This document shows, piece by piece, positions 31,521 to 40,773 of a DNA stretch of 64,000 nucleotides (position 1 is the first letter of the stretch; the number at the start of each line of letters is the position of its first letter). The stretch covers positions 46,223 to 110,222 of IMG/VR virus record IMGVR_UViG_3300025288_000013; one strand, 5' to 3'. The notes beneath the pieces are model-generated. The model did not search any database and had not been told where the DNA came from. It saw only the letters and a program-made list of their open reading frames with translations. Made by a program: the position numbers and the translations under genes. This DNA is from a virus.

Positions 31521-31617
31521 ATCGTTTTTTTGTTCCACAATACATACACACCTTTAACTCCCCAATGTTCTTAAAGAAATGTAAAACTCTGCAACCTATT
31601 GGAAAATTCTTATCCAT
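31510..31617 (-). CDS. 35-aa peptide with CxxC
   Basis: MDKNFPIGC..CMYCG; overlaps upstream stop. Confidence 0.4.
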   Translation of the reverse strand: MDKNFPIGCRVLHFFKNIGELKVCMYCGTKKRSRI

Positions 31618-32254
31618 CTATATATTGTGCTGATACAAGTAAAGGCGTTAGTGTTGAAACTTCTAATGCTTGTTGTACAATATAGGTATCTATGGTTTGT
31701 TTCATAACTTCTTCTATTCCACCAATTCGTGTTGATACTATAAATTGGCTATCAACAAGATTTTCAAACAAATTATCATTGATTTTGGCTATCATTTCAA
31801 CTTTGTATACATTGGCAATTGTACCTGTTGAACCATTGGCGAATGAAACAACTGTATTGGTCATGGTTCCAATAATAACGGTAGCAAGTATATAAGTATT
31901 AGAAGATGCACCTGCAAGAACTGAAGCTGTTATGGCAACAACATTTGTGTTTGATGTTGATGAATAACCATGAGTTTCAGTATTAGAATTGATATCAATT
32001 GATAAACCATTAGCAATATCATCAGTCGTGTCGCCAATTTGTTTTACATAAGTCCCAATATCAAAAGCACCAGCACCCTCATTAACATTTGCTGTAATTC
32101 TATCACCGTCAGCGCCAGCAACATTAATAGTTATTGAACCTGTAGCAGCAACATTAGAAATTTTACCGCTCCCACTACCCCAATCAGACACAGGATATTT
32201 AACTTCTATTTTTATCTTGTGGTTTTTGTATGTGTACTCTCTAACTTTGTGCAT
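31610..32254 (-). CDS. Structural protein with tail-sheath-like domain
   Basis: ATGSITI..GDTTDDIANGL...IN...VV.ITA. Confidence 0.5.
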   Translation of the reverse strand: MHKVREYTYKNHKIKIEVKYPVSDWGSGSGKISNVAATGSITINVAGADGDRITANVNEGAGAFDIGTYVKQIGDTTDDIANGLSIDINSNTETHGYSSTSNTNVVAITASVLAGASSNTYILATVIIGTMTNTVVSFANGSTGTIANVYKVEMIAKINDNLFENLVDSQFIVSTRIGGIEEVMKQTIDTYIVQQALEVSTLTPLLVSAQYIDG

Positions 32255-32290
32255 TTCTAATATTTTGTTTATAAACTTTATATATCATAA

Positions 32291-32995
32291 CTACAATAAA
32301 TGTTTATTTATCCATTTGTCTTGACCAATTATATTTGATTGACCATCAGAATATGCTTTTCTACATAATTCTTCAACTTCTGTGCGATGATAAAATTTTC
32401 TAATAATGCCTATGTTAGCATAACCATTTTCATCAGTTTTAACCGTTTGAATTTTTGGATTAGCACATTGGGTGTCACAACTTAACATGTTACATTCTAT
32501 TTCGTTACATTCTATATCATTCATTTCAACAAAAACAACTGTATTAACGTGACCATCATTGTGAAGCATAATGTATGATTTTATAAATTCTTCGGTTGGT
32601 TTTGGTAATTCAATATCAAATGATACATCTGGTAACAATTCGCCTCTGTAACCGTCTATATGAATTTTTAGTTTCTTATTGGTTGTAATAGTTATTTTAT
32701 TGCATTTATCTTTTTGGTAAATTAAACCGTTATCACAATATATGTCACCACCAACAAGTCCATAACTAAAACCGACACATTTTTGGTAAGTTGTGTGTCC
32801 CTCTACATATATATAATCGCCAATTTCTATTTTATCACAAGACAAAAGATACATGTGGTTGCCAACACCTCTTGGCAAGTCATCACTTGTTCTATAAATT
32901 AAATCATTAGAGTCAAAAAATCTACCTATTGGTGCTTGTGCCTCATTTTCTATTGCTTCCAATAATACTATTATGTGTTTACTGCGATTTTTCAT
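32291..32995 (-). CDS. Hypothetical protein (paralog family A)
   Basis: HMY, KI..TT.K.L, P.P...FI motifs shared with 33252 and 43823. Confidence 0.75.
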   Translation of the reverse strand: MKNRSKHIIVLLEAIENEAQAPIGRFFDSNDLIYRTSDDLPRGVGNHMYLLSCDKIEIGDYIYVEGHTTYQKCVGFSYGLVGGDIYCDNGLIYQKDKCNKITITTNKKLKIHIDGYRGELLPDVSFDIELPKPTEEFIKSYIMLHNDGHVNTVVFVEMNDIECNEIECNMLSCDTQCANPKIQTVKTDENGYANIGIIRKFYHRTEVEELCRKAYSDGQSNIIGQDKWINKHLL

Positions 32996-33084
32996 CTTAT
33001 ATATCTTTTAGTGCAACTAATGTCATTATGTTAGAGTGTGTTTCACTATCAAGTTCCATTTGTTTAAGCGATGCAACAAAACAA

Positions 33085-33249
33085 TTAAATTTCACATTTT
33101 ATCAAATCCGAACTTGTAAGTTGATCAATAAGCTTATTGTGTCCAAAATAATTATGGACACATTTTTGTTTGCTTATCCCTGTCTTTGAATGCAATGGTA
33201 GATTGTTCCACCACTTAGACGCCTTCATTATTTTACTAAAATCTACCAT
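33085..33249 (-). CDS. 54-aa protein, possibly extended by a +1 frameshift to 32997
   Basis: MVDFSKIMKASKWWNNLP...; fills the gap between genes. Confidence 0.5.
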   Translation of the reverse strand: MVDFSKIMKASKWWNNLPLHSKTGISKQKCVHNYFGHNKLIDQLTSSDLIKCEI

Positions 33250-33251
33250 TT

Positions 33252-33893
33252 TTATAAATATTTGTCAACCAATTCTAAAAATGCCTCATTGAATCCATTG
33301 GGAGTTTTATCACGTTCAGTTTTTGATCCAGCAATACCACATTTCATACCAAAATCAAGCATTTCTTCTCTTGTGAAATTTTGTTTTATGAATTTTATAT
33401 CAATGTCACCATTTTCTTTTGGTCTGAAATATTTTATTCCACCAATAGGTAATTTAGCAAACGCTTCATCAATTATAACCTTTGAACTAAATTTGGATTC
33501 ATCATTCTCATACAATTCATTAAATTTACAGACAAATTCAATTATGAAATCTATCGGTATTAACATTGTACCAAACAAATCCTTATCGGTTGTAGCAATA
33601 ATTTTGTGTATAGAATTACTCAAATTACTTTTGTTAATGATTCTTCTTGAAAAGGTTTCATAATTACCAAAATTATTTTTTAAAAAACTACCACCATCAT
33701 CTATTTCGACAGGTTTTGTTGATAAAATGTGCATATGAAATGGAACACAGTTTTCAACATTGCTGAATTTATCGACATTCAGCAAATCATTAAAAAGTAC
33801 CCCATCGCCATAATTGTCCCTCCACACAATAGAAGATTGATTTTTAGTATTTTCAATTGGAATTAATAGTATTTTAACTTTCTCGTTGCACAT
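33252..33893 (-). CDS. Hypothetical protein (paralog family A)
   Basis: HMHI, KIIATTDKDL; start set downstream of the promoter. Confidence 0.75.
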   Translation of the reverse strand: MCNEKVKILLIPIENTKNQSSIVWRDNYGDGVLFNDLLNVDKFSNVENCVPFHMHILSTKPVEIDDGGSFLKNNFGNYETFSRRIINKSNLSNSIHKIIATTDKDLFGTMLIPIDFIIEFVCKFNELYENDESKFSSKVIIDEAFAKLPIGGIKYFRPKENGDIDIKFIKQNFTREEMLDFGMKCGIAGSKTERDKTPNGFNEAFLELVDKYL

Positions 33894-33910
33894 TTTGTTT
33901 TCATTTTTAT

Positions 33911-33939
33911 AAAAACTTTTATCAGTTCTATTTGTTACA
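33911..33939 (-). promoter_or_regulatory. Class II promoter TGTAAC-N17-GTTTTT
   Basis: Conserved spacing. Confidence 0.7.
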
Positions 33940-36789
33940 GTCATTAACAATTTCCACAAATAGAACTCCCTCGTTTTTATCAGTTTTATCAGTGAATCTC
34001 TTATCATCTGTTTCAACCATATCACGTTTTAATCTTGCTTTAGAATTTTCATTGTCATAATTGGTAAACAGAACACCATCAATCAATCTTTTCTCTCTGT
34101 CTTGGTTACCAAATAATTTTTTATAAATAGCTTCGACAAATTTTGATTTACTTAAACCCTTTGCAAAACAATTAGCCTTATAATATTTATACACTCTTTC
34201 AACTTGATCCCATGACCTAGCCTCAACTTGTACTATCAGTGTTTTTCCTGCACTGTTATTACTAACATCAAGTTTCTTAAGCTTAAATCGTTTCTTAAGA
34301 ATTCTCATTGTTTGGAGTTCTACACTGTTGATATTTTTATTGATAGTTGGATCAAATGGTCGTTTTATAACAACATTTAATGTATTTTTCCAATAATCTA
34401 TGGCTTCTTTTATAGCAATTTCACAATCTTTTTCACCAATACCTGTCTTTTTCATTATTGTGAATTTGTAATTTTCTATAAAATGTTTCTCAACTTTTAT
34501 CTCTTCAATAAGTGCATCCCTTAAACCAATCAATATAGGCAACATGTTTAGATAATGTTTTCTGTGTAACCTTGAAGTTATATAATAATCAATTTCTTCA
34601 AGAACCAATGCATCATAATTTATGACAAAATTATCATCATTAAAAATCTTGAACCTTGTCCATGTGTCACCATTATAGTCTTTCTTGATTCCCAACTCTT
34701 CTGCATAATATCTATATTTGTCTTTACCTTTTCTTGTTTCTCCACTAGATTCATTGAAACTTATTGACATTTCGGTATAACTTTCTTCATAAGACCACAT
34801 ACCATTTTTATCAGAATAATTTATTTTTGTTAACAACTTGCCATCAACTTCTTTGGTTTTATCCATCAATCTTATACCATCCATATTACCTTTTAACAAC
34901 TTGTATTTTTCCTCTTCTGTTACCCATTTTACATATTCAACACGTCTTGTTTTTTTAATTGGTTTTACAAAATAAACGCTTGAATAAGGCATTCTTGGTG
35001 CAGACCATTTATTTGACCAATATTTTGTAAACCTATCAGAATTGTCTTCAGCACTACCATCCATGTTTTCAGAAGAATAGTAAATTCTACTTCCAACTTT
35101 TATATCTTTGTTAATACATTTTAACCATTCTTTAAATGTTGGTTTACCATCAGACAAAACATTCTCTTCATCATAAATCATTTGTACAACTCCTTTATGT
35201 TGTTCAACATTCATTATATTAAACTCTGAACTAACATTAAAGATATTGGTTCTTGATATTATACCATGAAGAAGTAAGAAGTTTTTCTTGTATGAAAATA
35301 ATTTTCCGTCTGAATTCTCAAGTTCTTGTAGTGCCGTTTTTGAATTATAATCATCACCTGTTATTTTTTGTTGTGAACTTGATATGTTTTCAAACAATTG
35401 TTGGAGTTCTTCTTTCTTTGGGAACAATCTATTAGAACCAATGTGATCAGTGAAAATTCTATAAACATTTCCACCATTTCTTATCATTATGTATGTCTTA
35501 TCATCCATATCAGCCAACATTGCTCGTTCAAATGCGTTTTCTATATGTTCACGTTTCTTACTATTTCGTCTTAATCCCATTATCACAACACATTTTTCGT
35601 CTGGAACAAGCTTGGTATAATTTTCTGATTTACCTGCCCACAAATCAAATTCTGGCAAATCTTTTAACTCCAATCCCTCGTTTTCATAAATTGCTATTTC
35701 TTCGTCCATAAACAATTTCATTTGTCTTAAACAAATTTCTTGTGTATCTGGTGCATCTTGTCCAACAGCTATTTGGACTATATCTTCATTTATTCCAGCA
35801 AAGATTTCAATGGTTTGTATGAGTTTATTAATTTTGTTGATTTTTGTTGATAATTCTGCAACAGAAACAGCAAGTAAATTTTTGATACCGTCAAATTTAG
35901 CCATTTCTTCTGAAATCTTCTTCTGCATTTCATTGGTCTTTAACATTATGCTTCTTCTTGTTGACCTTGAATAAAGTGTTGCGTTATCTTTTGATATAGC
36001 CATTTTATCCCTCATTAATTCATAATGTTTTGTTGAACCCATGTGAACAAGTCCATTATCAACATCAACAGATTTATCGTCTGATCCAATAAGTATAACA
36101 TCTTCTGATAAACTTGATATGTCACCAGATTCAATAAACATCTTTATCTTGCTCTCATATCCACCAAGTGATGATTCGTTTAATTTAATAAGATTTAGTT
36201 CGTCAAATTCTTTTTTTGTTATCAACTCTTCTTTATCAAATTCTTCTGGATAAAACGAATCCTTTTCATATTTGATTTTTATAACAGGTTCATCCATGTT
36301 GATATTGATTCTGTGTGGATTAAAAATTGTATCATATGACAAATCCCCATTAATTGTCTTTCTTGTGGTTATATCACAAACATTATAATATCTACCACTT
36401 TCATGTAAATAAAACGCACCTATTGTGACACCACCATTTATCCAATCTCTTCTTATTTCAGTTAACTCCTCATTGGAAATAATTTTGCCTTTTTTAAGAT
36501 AATCATCACTAATCGCTTCAAATTTTATGTTGTATTTTTGACCCTTATTATCAATTTTTATGAATGATACCAATTTCCATGCTTTTTTTGGATAGAGTTG
36601 TTCTGATTTATTTGATGGTTTATAATGAAAAATTTGATTATCTTTTATGGAAACACCATGACTCAATTCTATGTTTTCATCGATAAGTGTGTGACCATTT
36701 GTTTCAGCATCAACCAAAAGATTTTTTATCCTTTCTATATATATGACATTATCTCTGTCGTAGGATGATATTTTTATGTTAAATCCCAT
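33928..36789 (-). CDS. Large hypothetical protein
   Basis: 953 aa; central coiled coil; Q..LFMDEE and NG.N.YRI blocks. Confidence 0.85.
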   Translation of the reverse strand: MGFNIKISSYDRDNVIYIERIKNLLVDAETNGHTLIDENIELSHGVSIKDNQIFHYKPSNKSEQLYPKKAWKLVSFIKIDNKGQKYNIKFEAISDDYLKKGKIISNEELTEIRRDWINGGVTIGAFYLHESGRYYNVCDITTRKTINGDLSYDTIFNPHRININMDEPVIKIKYEKDSFYPEEFDKEELITKKEFDELNLIKLNESSLGGYESKIKMFIESGDISSLSEDVILIGSDDKSVDVDNGLVHMGSTKHYELMRDKMAISKDNATLYSRSTRRSIMLKTNEMQKKISEEMAKFDGIKNLLAVSVAELSTKINKINKLIQTIEIFAGINEDIVQIAVGQDAPDTQEICLRQMKLFMDEEIAIYENEGLELKDLPEFDLWAGKSENYTKLVPDEKCVVIMGLRRNSKKREHIENAFERAMLADMDDKTYIMIRNGGNVYRIFTDHIGSNRLFPKKEELQQLFENISSSQQKITGDDYNSKTALQELENSDGKLFSYKKNFLLLHGIISRTNIFNVSSEFNIMNVEQHKGVVQMIYDEENVLSDGKPTFKEWLKCINKDIKVGSRIYYSSENMDGSAEDNSDRFTKYWSNKWSAPRMPYSSVYFVKPIKKTRRVEYVKWVTEEEKYKLLKGNMDGIRLMDKTKEVDGKLLTKINYSDKNGMWSYEESYTEMSISFNESSGETRKGKDKYRYYAEELGIKKDYNGDTWTRFKIFNDDNFVINYDALVLEEIDYYITSRLHRKHYLNMLPILIGLRDALIEEIKVEKHFIENYKFTIMKKTGIGEKDCEIAIKEAIDYWKNTLNVVIKRPFDPTINKNINSVELQTMRILKKRFKLKKLDVSNNSAGKTLIVQVEARSWDQVERVYKYYKANCFAKGLSKSKFVEAIYKKLFGNQDREKRLIDGVLFTNYDNENSKARLKRDMVETDDKRFTDKTDKNEGVLFVEIVNDCNK

Positions 36790-36794
36790 GATTG

Positions 36795-37166
36795 TTAGTT
36801 TATCAATTTTAGTGCCTCTTGTAGTCCATCTTCTAATGCCTCTTCGTAAGTTTTATATTCTTTGGCATCAATTGGCGAACTAAATGCGATATTTCGTACA
36901 ACTCTAAAAACATGTTTATTATACTCAAAGGAATTAAGTAGATGAATTTCGTATACTTCTCTTAACCATTTTTGTAGCAAGGATTGAGTTGGTGCTGATA
37001 ATAAAGTAATATTCCACAAACTTTGTTCTTCGTCACTATTATGATTATATAAACTACCATCAATTATCGTGTCTTTGTCCCCTTGATATCTATGTTGTGT
37101 TTTACAATCAAAACCTTTTTCTTTGGCTAATTTGGCTGTTTCAAAACTTATTAGTTGATCTTTCAT
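36795..37166 (-). CDS. Hypothetical protein (paralog family B)
   Basis: SFETAKLAKEKGFD..APTQSLLQKWLR..TYEEALE. Confidence 0.75.
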   Translation of the reverse strand: MKDQLISFETAKLAKEKGFDCKTQHRYQGDKDTIIDGSLYNHNSDEEQSLWNITLLSAPTQSLLQKWLREVYEIHLLNSFEYNKHVFRVVRNIAFSSPIDAKEYKTYEEALEDGLQEALKLIN

Positions 37167-37177
37167 GATTACTGTTT

Positions 37178-37522
37178 TTAGTATAATTGTTCGTTAATTC
37201 TTTTTCTACATTCTTTGCATCTGTATCTTAAATCAATTACAGATTTGACAATATCAACTTTTGCGTTCGCATTTTCTCCAAGATAACTAACATCAGGTTG
37301 TACAAATGGTGATTTATGATTCATACCACGTTCTATAATTTCTTCAACAAGATAATCATGTCTGATTTGCATTGACATTGGTTCGATTTGTATAATTGGT
37401 GCTAATCTACCATCCATTTTGTGCTTCTTCTCAAAATTGTGCTTGTGCTTATGGATCTCACCGTGTTCACCAAGTAAATGTTTATCACACATCAACTTTG
37501 GGTTTATCATCCACATTTTCAT
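37178..37522 (-). CDS. denV: Pyrimidine-dimer DNA glycosylase (endonuclease V-like)
   Basis: M.MW...P..MCD.HLLGEH.E.H; RH..LV.E...RG.NH.SP. Confidence 0.7.
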   Translation of the reverse strand: MKMWMINPKLMCDKHLLGEHGEIHKHKHNFEKKHKMDGRLAPIIQIEPMSMQIRHDYLVEEIIERGMNHKSPFVQPDVSYLGENANAKVDIVKSVIDLRYRCKECRKRINEQLY

Positions 37523-37653
37523 ATTTCAAACTGTTTGTTGAATATTTTTGTTGCACCAGTTCCAACAACGAAACCAATTATTGTGTTTTCATCAAGTTCA
37601 GAACAATTTCTCAACACAAACTCATTTCCTTGTAAATCTCTAAATTTTCTCAT
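37519..37653 (-). CDS. 44-aa protein
   Basis: Follows class I promoter and leader; ATGA overlap downstream. Confidence 0.6.
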   Translation of the reverse strand: MRKFRDLQGNEFVLRNCSELDENTIIGFVVGTGATKIFNKQFEI

Positions 37654-37687
37654 TTTATATAATTTAATTGGTTTATGTTATATACAT

Positions 37688-37704
37688 TGCAAAAATCGTG
37701 CCAA
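37688..37704 (-). promoter_or_regulatory. Class I sigma54-type promoter
   Basis: TTGGCACGATTTTTGCA. Confidence 0.8.
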
Positions 37705-37707
37705 GCT

Positions 37708-37863
37708 TTATTTTGAATTTAAATCTGATAATTCAGACCAAAATAGATACAATATGATACCTAAAGCAATTGTTCGTTGGATACTTTCAATAATAAAATT
37801 TGATAATCCAATAAAAACACCTATTCTAAAAATATATACCAATGGTTTAGTGATTTTATTCAT
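37708..37863 (-). CDS. Small hydrophobic protein
   Basis: 51 aa from MNKITKPL. Confidence 0.45.
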   Translation of the reverse strand: MNKITKPLVYIFRIGVFIGLSNFIIESIQRTIALGIILYLFWSELSDLNSK

Positions 37864-37887
37864 GGTTCCAATTGTTTGTTGTATTTT

Positions 37888-37965
37888 GTAGGAAAGATAG
37901 GACTTGAACCTATCACCTCTTACCAACTTTCATCAATAAGCGTACTGCCCTTATATTATTTCCTA
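37888..37965 (-). tRNA. tRNA-like RNA with atypical anticodon arm (undetermined/pseudo)
   Basis: Acceptor TAGGAAA/TTTCCTA; T arm GATAGG-TTCAAGT-CCTATC; D loop with GG; 22-nt anticodon arm; no encoded CCA. Confidence 0.65.
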
Positions 37966-37970
37966 TGTAA

Positions 37971-38001
37971 AATGAAACCAACTACAATAGTTGGTTTCAT
38001 T
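37971..38001 (-). terminator. Intrinsic terminator hairpin
   Basis: 14-bp perfect stem aatgaaaccaacta/tagttggtttcatt with T tract. Confidence 0.75.
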
Positions 38002-38004
38002 GTT

Positions 38005-38283
38005 TTAACGAATTTCTTCGATTCTTTTCAAAAGATTCTCTTTGGTGTTCTTGTTACTTTTGTAAGCAATTTGAATCTTTTTGTCATCTTTGGCGATTCT
38101 TATGAAGTTTTGACCAAAAGTCACATCATATTTTTTACGCCCCATGAATAAGTCAACTTTGTTTTCTTCTTCATTTTTGATTCTTATGTTAATCCCAAAA
38201 CCCTCTAAAACTGTTGTTAAGCTTTCAGTGGTTTTATCAAAATTAACTGTTTCTTTTACTGTTACTGTTTCTGTTTTTGTCAT
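38005..38283 (-). CDS. Hypothetical protein (paralog family C)
   Basis: FG..F......KIQI.Y.S..NT motif. Confidence 0.75.
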   Translation of the reverse strand: MTKTETVTVKETVNFDKTTESLTTVLEGFGINIRIKNEEENKVDLFMGRKKYDVTFGQNFIRIAKDDKKIQIAYKSNKNTKENLLKRIEEIR

Positions 38284-38345
38284 TGGTTTATGCTTATTTC
38301 TAAGACTTTATTGGTTTATGATTAAAATTTTTATATAATATACAT

Positions 38346-38362
38346 TGCAAAAATCGTGCCAA
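38346..38362 (-). promoter_or_regulatory. Class I sigma54-type promoter
   Basis: TTGGCACGATTTTTGCA. Confidence 0.8.
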
Positions 38363-38365
38363 GCT

Positions 38366-38557
38366 TTATATAAGACGAATATCTTCTATTAGTACGTATT
38401 GGTGGTGTGTTTCGTACTCATATCTTACTCTAACTGTGTCATTTATTTTAGACCCATAATCGATGTGAGCAATAGTGTGACCGTTTATGTGGACAATTTC
38501 ACCACCATTTGATACATGTGATTTGATATCTTTTAGTGTTCTTACTGACTGTGCCAT
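38366..38557 (-). CDS. Hypothetical protein
   Basis: 63 aa between two class I promoters. Confidence 0.7.
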   Translation of the reverse strand: MAQSVRTLKDIKSHVSNGGEIVHINGHTIAHIDYGSKINDTVRVRYEYETHHQYVLIEDIRLI

Positions 38558-38590
38558 TTTATTTAAGTTTTAAGTTTATATAATATACAT

Positions 38591-38607
38591 TGCAAAAATC
38601 GTGCCAA
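38591..38607 (-). promoter_or_regulatory. Class I sigma54-type promoter
   Basis: TTGGCACGATTTTTGCA. Confidence 0.8.
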
Positions 38608-38634
38608 GCTTTATATAAAACATAAATACTGCCC

Positions 38635-38808
38635 TTAAATGTCTATGTCATTCAATATTTCCTCATAAGAATCCTTAAACAAATTATCAATTGTTGATAG
38701 GTCTTTCATGGTTTCAATGATTTCTCTAAGTCTTACCCCTGAAGTCTTTGGGTTATCAAACTCACTTCTAAGTGAATCAATGATACTTTTTATAGTTGTC
38801 TTTTTCAT
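38635..38808 (-). CDS. 57-aa protein
   Basis: MKKTTIKSIIDSLRSEF..; ATGA overlap. Confidence 0.6.
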   Translation of the reverse strand: MKKTTIKSIIDSLRSEFDNPKTSGVRLREIIETMKDLSTIDNLFKDSYEEILNDIDI

Positions 38809-39032
38809 ACCAATCTTTCCTCCATATGTTCTTTTAGACGTTCATTAAGTGTCATTAATAAATTGTTTGATAATTCACAAACACCGAACATACTTTCGAA
38901 GTTTCTTATCATTCTGTTTGATACCAATAAATGCATGTAATCATTTTTCTTATTGTTTATGATGCTTAGTATTCTTTGGAAATGATCGTTTTTTGTTTTA
39001 TTGATGTTTCTTGTTGGTATTGCTGATAACAT
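38805..39032 (-). CDS. Hypothetical protein
   Basis: 75 aa after class II promoter. Confidence 0.65.
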   Translation of the reverse strand: MLSAIPTRNINKTKNDHFQRILSIINNKKNDYMHLLVSNRMIRNFESMFGVCELSNNLLMTLNERLKEHMEERLV

Positions 39033-39068
39033 AACTTTAAGTTTTTGTTAATAAAAATTTTATATGTA

Positions 39069-39097
39069 ATAAACTGCCATATATTTAGGTTGTTACA
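39069..39097 (-). promoter_or_regulatory. Class II promoter TGTAAC-N17-GTTTAT
   Basis: Conserved spacing, intergenic. Confidence 0.75.
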
Positions 39098-39101
39098 GAA
39101 A

Positions 39102-39332
39102 TTAGAAATTTATCTTGTGACCAAGTTTTTTGTATTTCTCTACAACCGATTTTAAATCGTTTGCAAATGTTAGCACATCAACATACATATAACCTATAAT
39201 AACATTTTCATTGTTTTTCAGATGCATAACAGGTATATTCGTGTTTGAATAATTACCAAATTCAAGCACAATATCGCTTTTCTGCGTTAAAGCACCAACA
39301 TTTATTATTTTTTCTATTGGTTGGCTACCCAT
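39102..39332 (-). CDS. Hypothetical protein
   Basis: 76 aa in operon. Confidence 0.6.
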   Translation of the reverse strand: MGSQPIEKIINVGALTQKSDIVLEFGNYSNTNIPVMHLKNNENVIIGYMYVDVLTFANDLKSVVEKYKKLGHKINF

Positions 39333-39561
39333 TTGAATTTTTATTACGTTTTATATGATAACAACCAAGTAAAATACCTGATATTGCTAAAACCCATATA
39401 TGAGTGTTTATAGACACTTTGACTTTTACACATTGTGGATTATATGGGTTTTGCTCACACCAACATGGTGAAAAGGGTAAACAATTTGGATTTGGTGGTT
39501 GGCAAAACAAATCGTTGGGCAAAACGAATAAAAACAATGATATAACTAATAAATGTTTCAT
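39325..39561 (-). CDS. Small exported Cys/Pro-rich peptide with PID-CTERM-like anchor
   Basis: Signal peptide; QPPNPNC..PCWC..PQC; SIN..IWVL...G..LG.Y.IKR. Confidence 0.55.
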   Translation of the reverse strand: MKHLLVISLFLFVLPNDLFCQPPNPNCLPFSPCWCEQNPYNPQCVKVKVSINTHIWVLAISGILLGCYHIKRNKNSNG

Positions 39562-39872
39562 ACGTCTGGTATTTCTACTGTTTGCCCTTTAAACTCGTGT
39601 TTACAATCGCTCAAATACTCTATCATACCATTTTTTACAAATGAATGACAAATTGTTTCATTTATATTGCTCCCAGATCTTTGTCTTTTTATGTGTATTG
39701 ATGGTGTGAATGTTGGTTTGTCCACATCACCATTAAACGACCAAATATGGGGTTTTCCATCAACTATAATTGGTTTTGTTGTCCAAACTCCATGATGGCA
39801 TCTGCATCCGATGCAATAAAATATCCAATCTGGACTATTCTCTGACGGTTCTTGTGTGAATACTTTAGCCAT
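39558..39872 (-). CDS. DUF6527-like Cys/His protein
   Basis: F.C.GC...H, WSFNGD..KPTF.PSI, CHSFV..G.I.YL.DC.H. Confidence 0.7.
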   Translation of the reverse strand: MAKVFTQEPSENSPDWIFYCIGCRCHHGVWTTKPIIVDGKPHIWSFNGDVDKPTFTPSIHIKRQRSGSNINETICHSFVKNGMIEYLSDCKHEFKGQTVEIPDV

Positions 39873-39873
39873 A

Positions 39874-40125
39874 TTAAAAGGGTAATAGTTGAGTTGATTT
39901 TATATTCAGTGCCTTACAAATAAGATAAAGATTTTTCATTGATAATTGTTGTCTTCCACTTTCTATATTAACAATTGAAACCCTTGTTAAACCGATATTA
40001 TTAGCCAATTGTTCTTGTGTTAATTTTTTATCTTTTCTTAGTTGTTCAATTTGTATAGCAATATATTTATTGTAACTCACCTCTTGTTCTATTACTACTT
40101 TTCTTTTAATTGTGAACTTTTCCAT
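39874..40125 (-). CDS. XRE-family HTH regulator
   Basis: LTQEQLA..IGLTRVSI.NIE.G. Confidence 0.85.
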   Translation of the reverse strand: MEKFTIKRKVVIEQEVSYNKYIAIQIEQLRKDKKLTQEQLANNIGLTRVSIVNIESGRQQLSMKNLYLICKALNIKSTQLLPF

Positions 40126-40139
40126 AATTTAAAATTCTT

Positions 40140-40493
40140 TCATATTAATTCTTTTAAAATATAATCAAATGCTACTGAATAAGCTTCTTGTGGAGTTTTA
40201 TTACCATTAAATGATTGTTTCTTATTATTTGTTTGAATAAATGAAGAAAATAATTTACCATCCATATTATGATATAATTCTACTCCTATCCAAATACCAT
40301 AATTAATTCGTAGCCATTCAATTACTTGCCATTGTTCTGGTGCTGAACATATTATATCTACACTATTAAAATTTGTTTCTATTTCTGTTATAAACCTATA
40401 ACTATTACTTGAATAATATAATTTACATTTTACATCAAATCCTTTACCTTTAAGGAGTTTAGCTTGTTCAAATGTTACAAAAATTCTTTCCAT
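40140..40493 (-). CDS. Hypothetical protein (paralog family B)
   Basis: TFEQAKLLK.KGFD..APEQ.QV.EWLR. Confidence 0.75.
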   Translation of the reverse strand: MERIFVTFEQAKLLKGKGFDVKCKLYYSSNSYRFITEIETNFNSVDIICSAPEQWQVIEWLRINYGIWIGVELYHNMDGKLFSSFIQTNNKKQSFNGNKTPQEAYSVAFDYILKELI

Positions 40494-40528
40494 TTCGTTT
40501 AAGTTTTATTTATTTCACAAAATTTCAT

Positions 40529-40545
40529 TGCAAAAATCGTGCCAA
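40529..40545 (-). promoter_or_regulatory. Class I sigma54-type promoter
   Basis: TTGGCACGATTTTTGCA. Confidence 0.8.
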
Positions 40546-40548
40546 GCT

Positions 40549-40773
40549 TTAAATTGATTTTCCATCAATAAGTATTTGTCTTAAGTTTTGTACCGCTTCC
40601 ATAACCTTTGTGTTGTGTTCACCAAGTTGTTTGTATTTGGTTTGTTTATTACCTTTTGATGGGTGGCAATAATCCAATTGACTTTGTGCTACTTCTTTTG
40701 CTGCATTTATATCACCATCTGTTAAATCTAAAATTGAATTACAAGCATTATTCACTTTTGTTACTGAATCCAT
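40549..40773 (-). CDS. Hypothetical protein
   Basis: 74-aa ORF. Confidence 0.65.
   Translation of the reverse strand: MDSVTKVNNACNSILDLTDGDINAAKEVAQSQLDYCHPSKGNKQTKYKQLGEHNTKVMEAVQNLRQILIDGKSI

Noticed and set aside
6268-31895. Many short antisense ORFs in the track
   Set aside because: Shadow frames of long genes on the opposite strand.
39064-39080. TGGCAGTTTATTAC as a sigma54 site
   Set aside because: No GC at -12; the sequence is part of a class II promoter.
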